The notes under the pieces were generated by a model. That model saw only the letters and a program-made list of their open reading frames with translations. It was not told the DNA's origin and did not search any database. A DNA stretch of 19,921 nucleotides, taken from Chlorokybus atmophyticus. Its lineage: Eukaryota > Plantae > Mesostigma and Chlorokybus algae. Shown here piece by piece: positions 1 through 9,683 of this stretch (position 1 is its first letter; each line of letters starts with the position of its first letter). A program made the position numbers and the translations under genes. Where the stretch lies: NCBI GenBank assembly GCA_009103225.1, contig RHPI01000351.1, forward strand, positions 8,943 through 28,863. Direction: 5' to 3'.

Positions 1-2
1 AT

Positions 3-1537
3 GAGGAGCCAAGCACCTACGAGGAGGCATTGTTAGCACCAGATGCGGAGCAATGGCAGCGTGCTATGGACGAGGAGATTGCGTCACTCCATGCCAACAA
101 CACTTGGTCACTGGAGCAGTTACCGCAAGGAGTGAAGACCATTCCAGTGAAATGGGTCTTCAAGGTGAAGCGTGATGGTCAGGGCAACATTGAGCGCTAC
201 AAGGCAAGACTGGTGGCAAAGGGCTTCTTGCAGCAGGAAGGTGTGGACTTCAACGAAGTGTTTGCACCTGCAAGTAAGCATACCACCTTCCGTGCACTGC
301 GAGCTATGGTTGCTGCTGAAGACCTAGAGCTGCATCACCTGGATGTGAAGACTGCCTTCCTCTACGGAGAGCTGGAGGAGGAGATCTTCATCGAGCAACC
401 ACTTGGATATGAAGAAGGGGAGAGAGGCACAGCGTGCAAGCTAAGCAAGGCTCTGTACGGGCTGCGACAGGCACCGCGTATGTGGGACATCAAGCTCACC
501 AAGGAGCTGGAGGCACTTGGCTTCACCACATCCTCTGCAGACCCTGGCTCTTCATCCATGCAGACAACAAGGTCTGGCTGCTCGTGTATGTTGATGATAT
601 CATCATCACCGCCAGGCAGGTGCACAATCTGCAGGAGAGGAAACTTGCTTTGCAGCAAGCATTCTCAGTTCGTGATCTTGGAGAGGCCAAGTGGTTCTTT
701 GGCATGGTGATTGAGCGCGACAGGGCTGCTCGCACAATCAAGATCAGTTAGGAGCAGATGGTGAGCAGACTCGTCACCAAGTTCGGGCTTACTGAAGCGA
801 AGACCAAGACCACACCGTTGGCACTTGACACTGCCCTCATCAAGACCAAGGATGAGGAGGTACTCAACAAGGCTCAGTATCCATATGGTGAGCTGGTAGG
901 CAGCATGCTCTATCTGGCAGTGTGCACACGTCCCGATGTTGCACATGCTGTGGGAGTACTTGCTCGCTACATGTCTGCACCGAGCATGGAGCACTGGAGA
1001 GCAGCAAAGGGAGTACTACGCTATGTTGCTGGGAGCGCAACAGTTGGCAACAAGTTTGGGAGCGGGAGCATTGAGTTAGAGGGCTACTGCGACTCGGACT
1101 TTGCTGGTGACCTCAACAGCAGGAGGTCCACTACAGGCTACGTCTTCAAGCTGAACGGAGGCGTGGTGAGCTGGAACAGCAGGCTGCAGCCAACAACAGC
1201 AGCATCTACATCAGAGGCTGAGTACATGGCAGCGGCAGCAGCAGTGAAGGAGGCACTCTGGCTTCGCAAGCTCATGGCAGACTTGGAGCACCCCATGGCG
1301 TGCATCGTCATCAACTGTGACAACCAAGGAGCCATCAAGTTGTTGAAGCACCCTATCGCCTCGGCAAGGACGAAGCACATTGATGTCATGCATCACTTTG
1401 TGCGTGACAGAGTCACAAGGAAGGAGGTGGAGTTCCAGTACTGCAACACCGAGGGCATGCTGGCGGACTTCATGACAAAGCCATTGTCACCGCTCAAGTT
1501 CAAGACTTGTTGCGCAGGACTTGGCATCTGTGTTTGA
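3..1537 (+). pseudogene. Copia pol RT-RNase H, disrupted
   Basis: Reading starts EEPSTYEEAL at 3. A 1-nt deletion at ~548 (SADPG then LFIHADNKVWLLVYVDD in another frame) and an in-frame TAG at 749-751 (IKIS*EQM) break the frame. Natural stop TGA at 1535-1537. Confidence 0.93.
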
Positions 1538-1570
1538 CTGCAGGAGCAAGCGTTGGAGGTCAAGCTGCTC

Positions 1571-1579
1571 GCGTGGGAG
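1571..1579 (+). promoter_or_regulatory. Polypurine tract of copia 1
   Basis: GCGTGGGAG directly abuts the LTR start TGTTGAG at 1580. Confidence 0.7.
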
Positions 1580-2004
1580 TGTTGAGAGTCATTCCTACAT
1601 ACGATCAGCATCGACCCTCCACACAGGAGTAGAAGGTCGTAAGGACGAGCACTAGGTCCGGACTTAGCAAGATGGCATCGTCGGACCAGACTCCGGACTC
1701 CAGACTGGAGCCTTACTAACTGCTTCGTATCTCCGCGTATACTTACTCATATTAGGCGTGTGAGAGCTTGTTAAAAAGCTCTGGTTGTAAGAAAGACAAC
1801 GCAGCTTAGAGCGCATTAAAAGGCTGAGTATAGCTTACGCAGTGCTTGCAAACGTAGACGTGTGTGTAACTGGCTGGTATAAGAACCAGTGGACAAGTTG
1901 TAATAGATGAATGTGATGTGACTTGTGTATGCTCTGGTGGCGGTAGCTCTGTCTCTGTGCATCTATGCTTGCCTCAACTACATGTGCATGCTAGTCGCTC
2001 AACA
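1580..2004 (+). repeat. 3' LTR of copia 1 (425 bp)
   Basis: Inverted termini TGTTGAG and CTCAACA. The copia 2 integrase frame resumes exactly at 2005. Contains three TGTAA pentamers. The partner LTR is not in the window. Confidence 0.85.
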
Positions 2005-3810
2005 ACTTTGCATCACTCAGCATAGCTCTCACCCTTTCCATAAAAGTCAGATTCAGCCATTCTGCTGCACCATTCTGCTGCGGAGTGTACGGTGTTGTTG
2101 TCTAATGCACAATGCCTTGCGAAGACCAGAATGCAGATAGCTCTTTCTTCAGGTACTCCCCTCCTTGTCACTTCTGACTGTCTTCACAGATTTGTCAAAC
2201 ATATTTTTGAACCACAGCACCACCTCTTTCACCACAGCTGGTACATCTGACTTGAGCTGCACAGGACGCACCAATGACAGCTTGGAGAAATCATCAAGAA
2301 AGGTGACAATGTAAGATGCTCCCCCCTTGATGGCTCGAGTGTACCACACACATCTGTGTGTACCAACTGTCCAACATGCTCGCTGATGCTCTCAGATCGC
2401 TGAAAAGGTTGCCTATGCATCTTGGACAACACACATGGCTCGCACAACACTCCTTTGGCCTGCTTGATCTGCAGCTTGCTCACATTAATGCCGCTGACCA
2501 AATCTTCTGCTACCAAACGATGCAGGTTGTCATAGCCATGATGCCCAAACCTTCGATGCCAAAGTTCAGCTGACTCAGGAACTGTCGCCACCAGTGTCAG
2601 TCTCAGCTTCTTCTATCACGTAAAGGCCGCCCTGCTGTTCTCTCGCGATGAGACACACCTTGCCATCAATGCGCAGACAGACTTCTGCTCCTTGTCCTGA
2701 CAAATCAGCTCCAGCCTTCAATGCGACCTTCATGGAGAAGAGGATAGCCTGTGCACGAGGAACATGAAGAACCTCCTTCAGCTCCACCCTGTACACACCT
2801 TCTCCTGTCTTATAATGAAGCACTGATTGGCCTGTACCCGCTACCTCCAGCTGTCCACCCAGAACCTCCACACTCCGTGGACTGGATTGAACTTTGTAGT
2901 TGAGTAGCAGCCCAGCATTTGGAGTCAGATGCTGTGTACAGCCAGAATCAAACACCCACCCAGGATGACGCCTGATCTTTGTGGATGCTGTGAAGGCAAC
3001 TGCTCCACCCACTCCTTTCTGTCCACCCTGATTGCCCTTTGCTGACCTCAGCTGCTGACAATCACTCTTTCGGTGCCCAACTTGGTCGCAATGGAAGCAC
3101 TTTCCCTTGACAGGCTTGTTCTGCTTCTTCTGATCTCCACCCCTGTTGCCATTGTTGTTGCCGCTGGTACCAGCTCCTCCAGATGACTGCGCTCGAGCAG
3201 CGAACGCACTGGACTCTCCATTAGCCTCGTTGCCCCTGATCCTAGATTCTGCCTTCAACAGGATAGGCAAAATCTCTTTAAGGGTCAACTTCTAAGTGGT
3301 ACTAATACCCTCCAACATGATCACAGCAGTCTCGAACTCTCGAGGCAACCCGGACAGTACATTCAAGCACAGATCATCCGCTGAGACTGAATCTCCAATA
3401 ATGGTCAAATCATTTCTAAGCTTCTGTACACGTCCCAAATACTCCGTAACTGTCTCACTAGCAAGCTTCCTGATGTTGTTGAACGCTTGCTTGAGCTTAA
3501 TCTTACGACCAACAGAGCGTGTAGAGAACATATTTTCCAAAGCTTCCCATGCATGCTTGGCATCAGATTGCATCTGTAGCAGTGGCATATGGAAGGGCTC
3601 AACATGCATACTTATCAAAGCCAAAGCACGCAAACTGCTTCGCATCCATGCAGACTCGTTACGAATTGGCGCACTCCCCTTTGGATCTACGTAGTCGCAC
3701 AGCTCTTCGTAGATGAGCTTCATCTTCATCTCAATGCTCCAGCTGGCGTAGTTGTCATCTCCCAAGGGTTTGATGGTGAACTTCTCCTTCTCTGATCCAG
3801 TGGTTGCCAT
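2005..3810 (-). pseudogene. Copia gag-pol (gag, zinc knuckle, protease, integrase), disrupted
   Basis: ATG at 3810. Motifs DNYASWSIEMK, CFHCDQVGHRKSDC, WVFDSGCTQH, LWHRRFGH, CEPC, VHTDVCG, FLDDFSK, VRSDKG.EY, TPYTPQQNGAAE. TAG at 3292-3294 and 2102-2104; frameshifts at ~2595, ~2325 and ~2160. Confidence 0.92.
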
Positions 3811-3975
3811 TTTGCTGACTGTCCTGCTGACTCTCCTGCTGACTGAACTTCACAGCTGAACCCCACAGTCCTCCCCTTGTCCGCTGCACCTCTTAGCTCC
3901 AGCAATCAGCTCCAACAACCCCACACACACAGGATAACACTCTCTCATAGTAGCTAGCTCTACACATGTAGATGT

Positions 3976-3987
3976 GGGCCCATAACC
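3976..3987 (-). promoter_or_regulatory. Primer-binding site, internal (half-molecule) tRNA-iMet type
   Basis: Minus strand reads TCAACA|GGTTATGGGCCC, matching the complement of the tRNA-iMet anticodon arm (GGTTATGAGCCC, one G-U pair). This PBS type is known from Drosophila copia, Ty5 and Volvox Osser. Confidence 0.85.
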
Positions 3988-4331
3988 TGTTGACTAAAGA
4001 TGCTGCATGCAACCATGCACAACAAGCATACACAGCACAGTGGTAAGAGCAGAGCTACACCGCCAGAGGTACTGACCAGAGAGTGAACTCTATCAATAAC
4101 CCGCGGCCTGTCGGCTCTGGGCCCTCAGCCTGGGTCCTACCAAAGATCCGACCAGACCGTACCAGTCATAACTGCCTGCAGCCTATACATACAACTGCAG
4201 TCTATGAGTAGCTTATCAAGTACCAACTTAATAAGCTACAATAGGGCTAGCTAAGCTGACTGGACAATGGCATATAAGTGTCATATGCTATACATATAGA
4301 GATCACTGCACACCATGCTATATTCTCCACA
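3988..4331 (-). repeat. 5' LTR of copia 2 (344 bp)
   Basis: Minus strand starts TGTGGAGAATA and ends TAGTCAACA directly before the PBS. The gypsy protease sequence stops being protease-like at 4332. Confidence 0.8.
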
Positions 4332-7300
4332 GCCCGCTCTATCCAGTCGAGGCCCGTGCCCATAGGGAAGTTGAAGTCCTGCCCAAGCAGAAAGTCGAAA
4401 GAGCCGGCATTGGTGACCACACATTGCTGGTTGATCTCGGTTGTGTGGGTTGGGTCCAGCCCTATCAACCGAATACAAAAGGCCTCCCTGCTGATTCTCA
4501 TCACCTTATCTCGGCTACCTGTCGCAGTGTCCAATACGTACGGGCAATGCACCAAATTGGAGCTGATTATGCCGAGGGACCGCGCAAGGAAGCGCCCGAT
4601 GATAACAGGCTGTGCTCCGGTGTTCAACATCACTCGCTTGGGTGCCAGGCCATTAATGGTAACGTGCTTGCCTTGGTTGGCCACCATGGCAGTATTGGCG
4701 TTGATGCGGAGCCTCTTCGTACGAGCTGTCTGCACCCTTATCTTAGTTCTCTTAGCTGGGGTGCTGAGCGCATTGCAGCCAGAGCTCCTCTGCCTGCTGG
4801 GTCCGGAGGACCCCCTCCTTGCTCTCTCCCTCTGCCGAACCAACCTTGTCGTGGTGGTTGGTGGACACGGGGGGGCCTCGGTGCTGGAGGTTCCGACGCC
4901 GGTTGTGGTGGCGGCGCAGGTGGACGCTGCCTCTGCGCAGATGGAATCATGCCCGCGGGTGTACCCAATGGCTGTGGAGGAAACCCCGGAGGACCCGGTG
5001 CTTGTGGGCCTGCCTCGCGTTCAGCTTGCTCCGCGGCGTACGTCCATTGGACAGCATGAGCCGCTTCTCTGACCAACGTCCCTTCCCACGTGGCCGTGGG
5101 CTCGGTGTCCATGTCGGTCCAGTGATGATATTGAGGCATGGGCTGCAGGTATACGGCGCGTAGTAGCTGCCGCCGCATGTCGTGGGTGATGGTGGGAACT
5201 CGCAAGATCCCTGCCATGTAGGCATCCCACCTTCCTTGTACCACTCCCACATCGAGCACGGTCGTGGCGCGCGCGCGTAGGGTGCGCTGGAGGTCAGTCT
5301 GCTGTGCGTATAGCTCATGAGCAATGGCGATGCGCCGCCGTTGTCGTGCGGCTTCCACCCCTGGCAGCCGCAGCATTACCTCTTGCACTCCCTCCTGCGT
5401 GTCCGGGGCTGTGGTGGCAGCCTCGTTGTATGCATGTCGCAGCGAACAAACGAATGCCCCCAACTATGATGCTCGGTTGCCAAAGGCAAACAAGGGGACA
5501 GCAGGGTGATTGGCAACGAGCCATGTCACGAGACTGGCTCGAGCGGCGCTGCCCTCTCGCATCCCCATCATCTGTCTTTATGTGTTGCCCTCAGGCCTGT
5601 GCAGCATGACTGCTTGTCGAATGAGTGCGGTACGGAGTTGTTGCTCCTCCACCATACCAGCTCCTCCTCGTTGTGTGGTGTCCCCTTGCTGGGTGAGGTA
5701 CCCTCGCCTTGCATCGCGCTGATCCTCAGGCATGTCTTCGACCAAAGGAGGCAGCAGCGGGGCGATTACCCCCCTCAATTGTTGCACCAACGCCCTCGCT
5801 TGGTCTGCAACAGTTGCTTGTCTTGGCTGTGCGATGGCGACTGCCGTGGAGTGCCCTGCGGTCAGCGCCGTGGAGGCGCTGGCAACATTTGCCGGCGCTA
5901 CGGCTGGTACGGCAACGGCGTGTGCTGCTTCGTACGCCTGTCGGCGCGCGTCCACTTGGGCAGCTTGGTCCACCTGATAACGATGTGCCTGTTCGAGCGC
6001 AGAGAACCGTTCTTGACGGCTGCCTGGAGTGAGCCCCCAAAGAGCGGGATCGGTGCCCAGCGTGATGTCTGACATGATGACCACGAGGTTTTGTATTTTG
6101 CGACGCTGGAGTCCGAGTGGGTCCAGTGGTGAGGGCTCGAAGTCGACCTGTTGAGCGGGCATGGGTTGCCGCGATTGACTGGGTACACCCTGCAACCGTG
6201 CATGTAAGGCCAAGAACAATTGAATGGCCAGCTCAAACACTGCAGGTCGCCGGTAGGTGACCCCGAAGAAACGATCCCTCATCTCCGGAGCAGTGCTGGC
6301 GAGAATTTCATCCTCCATCTGCTGTTGTGTGGGTTCCGGCAGCGTGTGGTACTCTGGAGGTGGTAGGGGCAAGATGCGATCATCGCGTGCCACGCGCGTG
6401 GTGCGTTGCCCCCCTGGTCCGCAATGGTGGTGGGCTCCACGTTGCGTAGAACCGACGCCCAGGCGCGTTCTGCTTGTGGTCCGCGTGGCACTTGCTGTGT
6501 GACATCACGTGCTGGTGGCGGTGCTGTCCGAATCTCAGGTAGTGGTGCAGTGGATGTGGCAGCACTACTTGAGGCGATGGTTGTGGCATCTGCAGCAGTC
6601 GTCGTTACTGAGGTGGCGGCTGTGAGGGTGGCAGCAGTTGTGGCCGATGTGGTCGCTTCAATGGAGGCAGGAGTGGTGGATCCACCACCCACGAACCCAA
6701 CGACCATGGTTGTTGCGGCGTTGGTGCTTTCCATCACCGGGGACAGCGTGGTGCCAAGAGTGCTGGCACCTGTTGTCGTGTCGGTGTGGATGCCGACGGT
6801 GTCGTCGATGGCGTCGTGCCAGCAGTGGTTGTGGCTGCCGAGGGAGCACCACTTGTGGCGTCCGACGATGCCGCTGTTGACGACGCGCCAGCTGCCCTGC
6901 GCGCATGTCTTGATGGTTGTACGCGTGACGGCGTGGGAGTGTCCCTATCCCGTTTTAGTGCCATCAGCGCCCACCTAGCAGCATAGCAGGCTTGATAGTC
7001 CTGCTCCTTGTTCTCTTCCAACTGTGCCACGCGCGCCATCAGGGCTGCTACTTGGTCAACAGCTGGTGGATTGGCTGGTGCCTTTACAATAGCAAATTCA
7101 GCGCGAGGACGTCCCTCAGGTCCTTTGTGCTGTGAAGGGCGGTTTTTCCCTCTGTAGCCAGCTTCTTCCTTGCGGGCCCCGGCGTTGTTGTTGTTGTTGG
7201 GGTTGTAGCCACCAGCGTTGTTGCTGTTGTTGTAGCCGCCAGCGTGGTTGCTGTTGTTGTAGCCCCCGTTGTTGTTGTTGTTGTTGTTGTTGTTGCGGTA

Positions 7301-8761
7301 GCCAACAGCGTCGTTGCCGTTGTTGTAGCCAATAGAGGGCCGCAGCTCAGGGAACTTGAGCCAGCATACTGTCTCCAAGTGTCCCGTCTTGTGGCAGTAG
7401 TCGCACACAAGGTTGCCGTAATCTTCGGTGCACTCCTTTTGGTAGTGGCCATGCCGACCACACCGGTGGCACAGCACTGGAGCTACAAGGGCAGCATGAG
7501 CTGACCGTTTATCCTTGTTGTGAATGCCTTGCGGCTCTCGGCTACGGTCCCGCCAAAAGGGCTCTGCACTTGTGCTTGCCATAGGTCGCGAGGCACTGCG
7601 GTTGGTGTCCAGCATTGCTTTCTCATACACTGCGCGCTTATGGATGGCTTGTGCAGTCCCCTAAGCTTCCTTGAGGGTGTAGTCGAGGGGCCTGCTGTAG
7701 TTCAGCGTCAGGCGCGTCGACTCGCTCGGGATGGGATCCAACTCAGCCACATACACAACTGCTGCCGCCTCCTCACTGACGATCTTGTAGTCAGTGTCTT
7801 TAAGCACCCCTTCCAACCGTGAATACAGTCGGAGAGGGTCCTCGTCGGGCTTCCGTCGAAAACGCCTCAACTCCTCCACCTTGCTGTTGGTTTGAGGTGG
7901 ACCTCTGCGCCGGAGTGCGGCGTAGAGGTCCTTCAACGGGGAGTCCGACATGGCCGCGCCCCACCGTAAGCGCGGGTGCACGCAATGCCACTGAGCCGAG
8001 GGTGAAAACACTGCCTCCCGCTGGAGCACGCGAGTTCGGTGTTGGTAGCAGAGGCGTACCCATCTCCAATGCTGCAGCTTGCTGCTCCTCTTGCTGCTCC
8101 TTGATGATGGCAGCGGTGCGGTTGAGTATCCTGATCCGGCGCTCGGCCTTCTTGCTCTCGATCTCTGCAGGAGTCAATGAGGCCACTACCACCTCAACTT
8201 CTTCATTCTCTGCCTTCTCCATGGAGCTAGAGTGAGACCCGTGACTGAGGCTGGCGGGTCCGCTGCTACAGGGACAGTAACTGATGGGCTATGCAGTGAC
8301 GTGGAGGCTATGGTGCTAGCCAACTCGCCATAGCCATCAATCTTGTGCAACTCAGCGACGGACTTCCACACATCATGTGCTTCGTGATCAAGGTATTGAG
8401 CGGACACATGAAACGATACCTCATCTGTCCAGTCCTTGCTCTTGAGGGCTTGCTGCCGCATCTTAGAATGGAACTTGATGATGAAAACGTCAAGTGAGGT
8501 GGTGCCAGGGCGTCCGGAGAAGCGTAGGGAGTTGGTTGAGCTGGAAGGCTCCATCTCCTCGCCGTCACTGTCCGACGGTGGTGGAGATGCTCGTTGTCGA
8601 GGAGTGGAGTGAGAGGAGGTGAAGCCGGAGACGGGGCGTGAGCCTCTGCTGCTACGGTAATCGCTCCCTTCACTTGCGCGCTCGTAGGTAAGGTTGGAGG
8701 TTGGGCTCCAGTTGTTGAGGTTCCCTTCTTCTATTGGCGAGAAAGGGGTGGGCCTGCTCAT
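4332..8761 (-). pseudogene. Gag-aspartic protease polyprotein (~1,470 codons), disrupted
   Basis: Collinear ORF pieces 8761-8186, 8222-7800, 8029-7661, 7630-6734, 6737-6279, 6393-5578, 5463-4738 and 4843-4332. Motifs LRFSGRPG..QYLDHEAHDVW, ELRRFRRKPDEDPLRLYSRL, CHRCGRHGHYQKEC, CDYCHKTGHLETVC, VMLNTGAQ (D to N, AAC at 4622-4624) and FDFLLGQDF. Stops at 7661, 5578 and ~5464, plus at least five frameshifts. Confidence 0.85.
7184..7330 (-). repeat. Coding (AAC)n and GGYNN repeat region in gag
   Basis: (GTT)9 at 7268-7294 on + and repeated GGYNN(S/P)N units after the zinc knuckles. Confidence 0.9.
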
Positions 8762-9260
8762 ACAGCTGATGCGATGGTGAAATTGGATGAAGGGTAGAGT
8801 GTTTGTGCTCTACAATGGGATCTCCAATGCTGCTAGCACCCAACACAGTAGCGCTTGTGCGCGCTATGCGATGACGGTGACAACAATGCACTGCGGTGTG
8901 TACAACTACAGATTGCGATGCTAATGTGCAGCCTGCAACTACACTCACTTGAGCAAAGAGGGTGACACTGTGAGTCAACAAGCCACTACTATAGGTAGCG
9001 CTGTTTACACGGTTCTTTGCATGAGTGGAAGAGAGATTGCACTGTTAAGTGAGGTGAATGAGCAAGCAACACGTGGATGCTATGCCGTGACTGATGCCAA
9101 CAAGCACACCGCGACCAAGTACACCAAGCTCACAACAAGGACAAGCACAGTGCACAAGAACATGCACAGGCTCTCACACGGTGAGGGGATTCTTGAGAAC
9201 CGGGACGGCGTGTTTCGTAGTTCAAGTCGCTTCACAAGCTCTTAGCTTTCTCACTCACAG

Positions 9261-9575
9261 TGTCATCAGCTGAACCGGTGAACACTGTGCCTACTTATAC
9301 AAGTCAACTCATGATTGTCCAGAACATAAGCTAACGGTCATATCGGGGCTATTTCCAAGAAATCCCCACTCGATATAGAACCCAACTTATAACTGAACTC
9401 ACAACTGAACAGCTACGCGCGGTGCATATATAGGCTATGGTCATGAGCTACTATAGAGACATGACCTAGCTACTGGTCAGTGACGCGCGCGGGTCGCCAT
9501 GCTGGTAAGCCGGGCGAGGGTCTCGCTGTAGGTATGCCCGATGAAGACTGGCATGCCCGGGTGATAGGCATGACA
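9261..9575 (-). repeat. Putative 5' LTR of the gypsy-like element (315 bp)
   Basis: 6-bp inverted termini TGTCAT and ATGACA, upstream of the gag leader, with TATATA at ~9426-9431. Only one copy is in the window and there is no canonical PBS. Confidence 0.6.
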
Positions 9576-9683
9576 GTTTAAAAAGAATGAATTTTACAGC
9601 TATTGTATTGTCTAACACCCTTCCTGTGCACGAGGTGCAGACATGTAGACGATTACGACCAAAATTAAGTCTTTGACATCGAT

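Larger units (their letters stand above)
1..2004 (+). mobile_element. Ty1/copia LTR retrotransposon 1, 3' part (RT, RNase H, PPT, 3' LTR); 5' part lies outside the window
   Basis: Copia RT motifs (KARLVAKGF, DVKTAFL, LYGLRQAPR, YVDD), RNase H motifs (CDSDFAGD..RRSTTGY, SEAEY, CDNQGAI, RTKHIDV), followed by a purine-rich tract and an LTR bounded by TGTTGAG and CTCAACA. Confidence 0.95.
2005..4331 (-). mobile_element. Ty1/copia LTR retrotransposon 2, 5' part (LTR, PBS, gag, protease, GAG-pre-integrase, integrase), interrupted by copia 1
   Basis: Copia domain order gag-CCHC-PR-IN on the minus strand, preceded by a PBS and an LTR with TG and CA termini. Confidence 0.93.
4332..9575 (-). mobile_element. 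Ty3/gypsy-like LTR retrotransposon, 5' part (LTR, ~500-nt leader, gag, protease), interrupted by copia 2
   Basis: Gag capsid-like motifs, two CCHC knuckles, a retropepsin-like domain with a downstream FLLG motif, and a putative LTR with TGTCAT and ATGACA termini. RT/IN are not in the window, so the superfamily is inferred from gag and protease only. Confidence 0.75.

Noticed and set aside
3292-3294. TAG in copia 2 as a programmed readthrough site
   Set aside because: It lies within gag before the zinc knuckle rather than at a gag-pol boundary, and the element has several other lesions.
4278-8235. Long plus-strand ORFs (4278-5072, 4424-5059, 5506-6072, 6406-6978, 7132-7335 poly-Cys, 7819-8235)
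   Set aside because: They are antisense shadows of the GC-rich gag-protease frame; the poly-Cys and poly-Val reads come from the AAC repeat.
9490-9500. TGGCGACCC on - as the gypsy PBS
   Set aside because: It lies inside the segment bounded by the TGTCAT and ATGACA inverted termini and upstream of the TATA-like box. It is kept only as an alternative if the LTR boundary proves wrong.
4247-9575. Gag-protease-only, RT-less non-autonomous element
   Set aside because: The protease is cut by the copia 2 LTR at 4331. The pol region is expected beyond the left window edge, so its absence here is uninformative.
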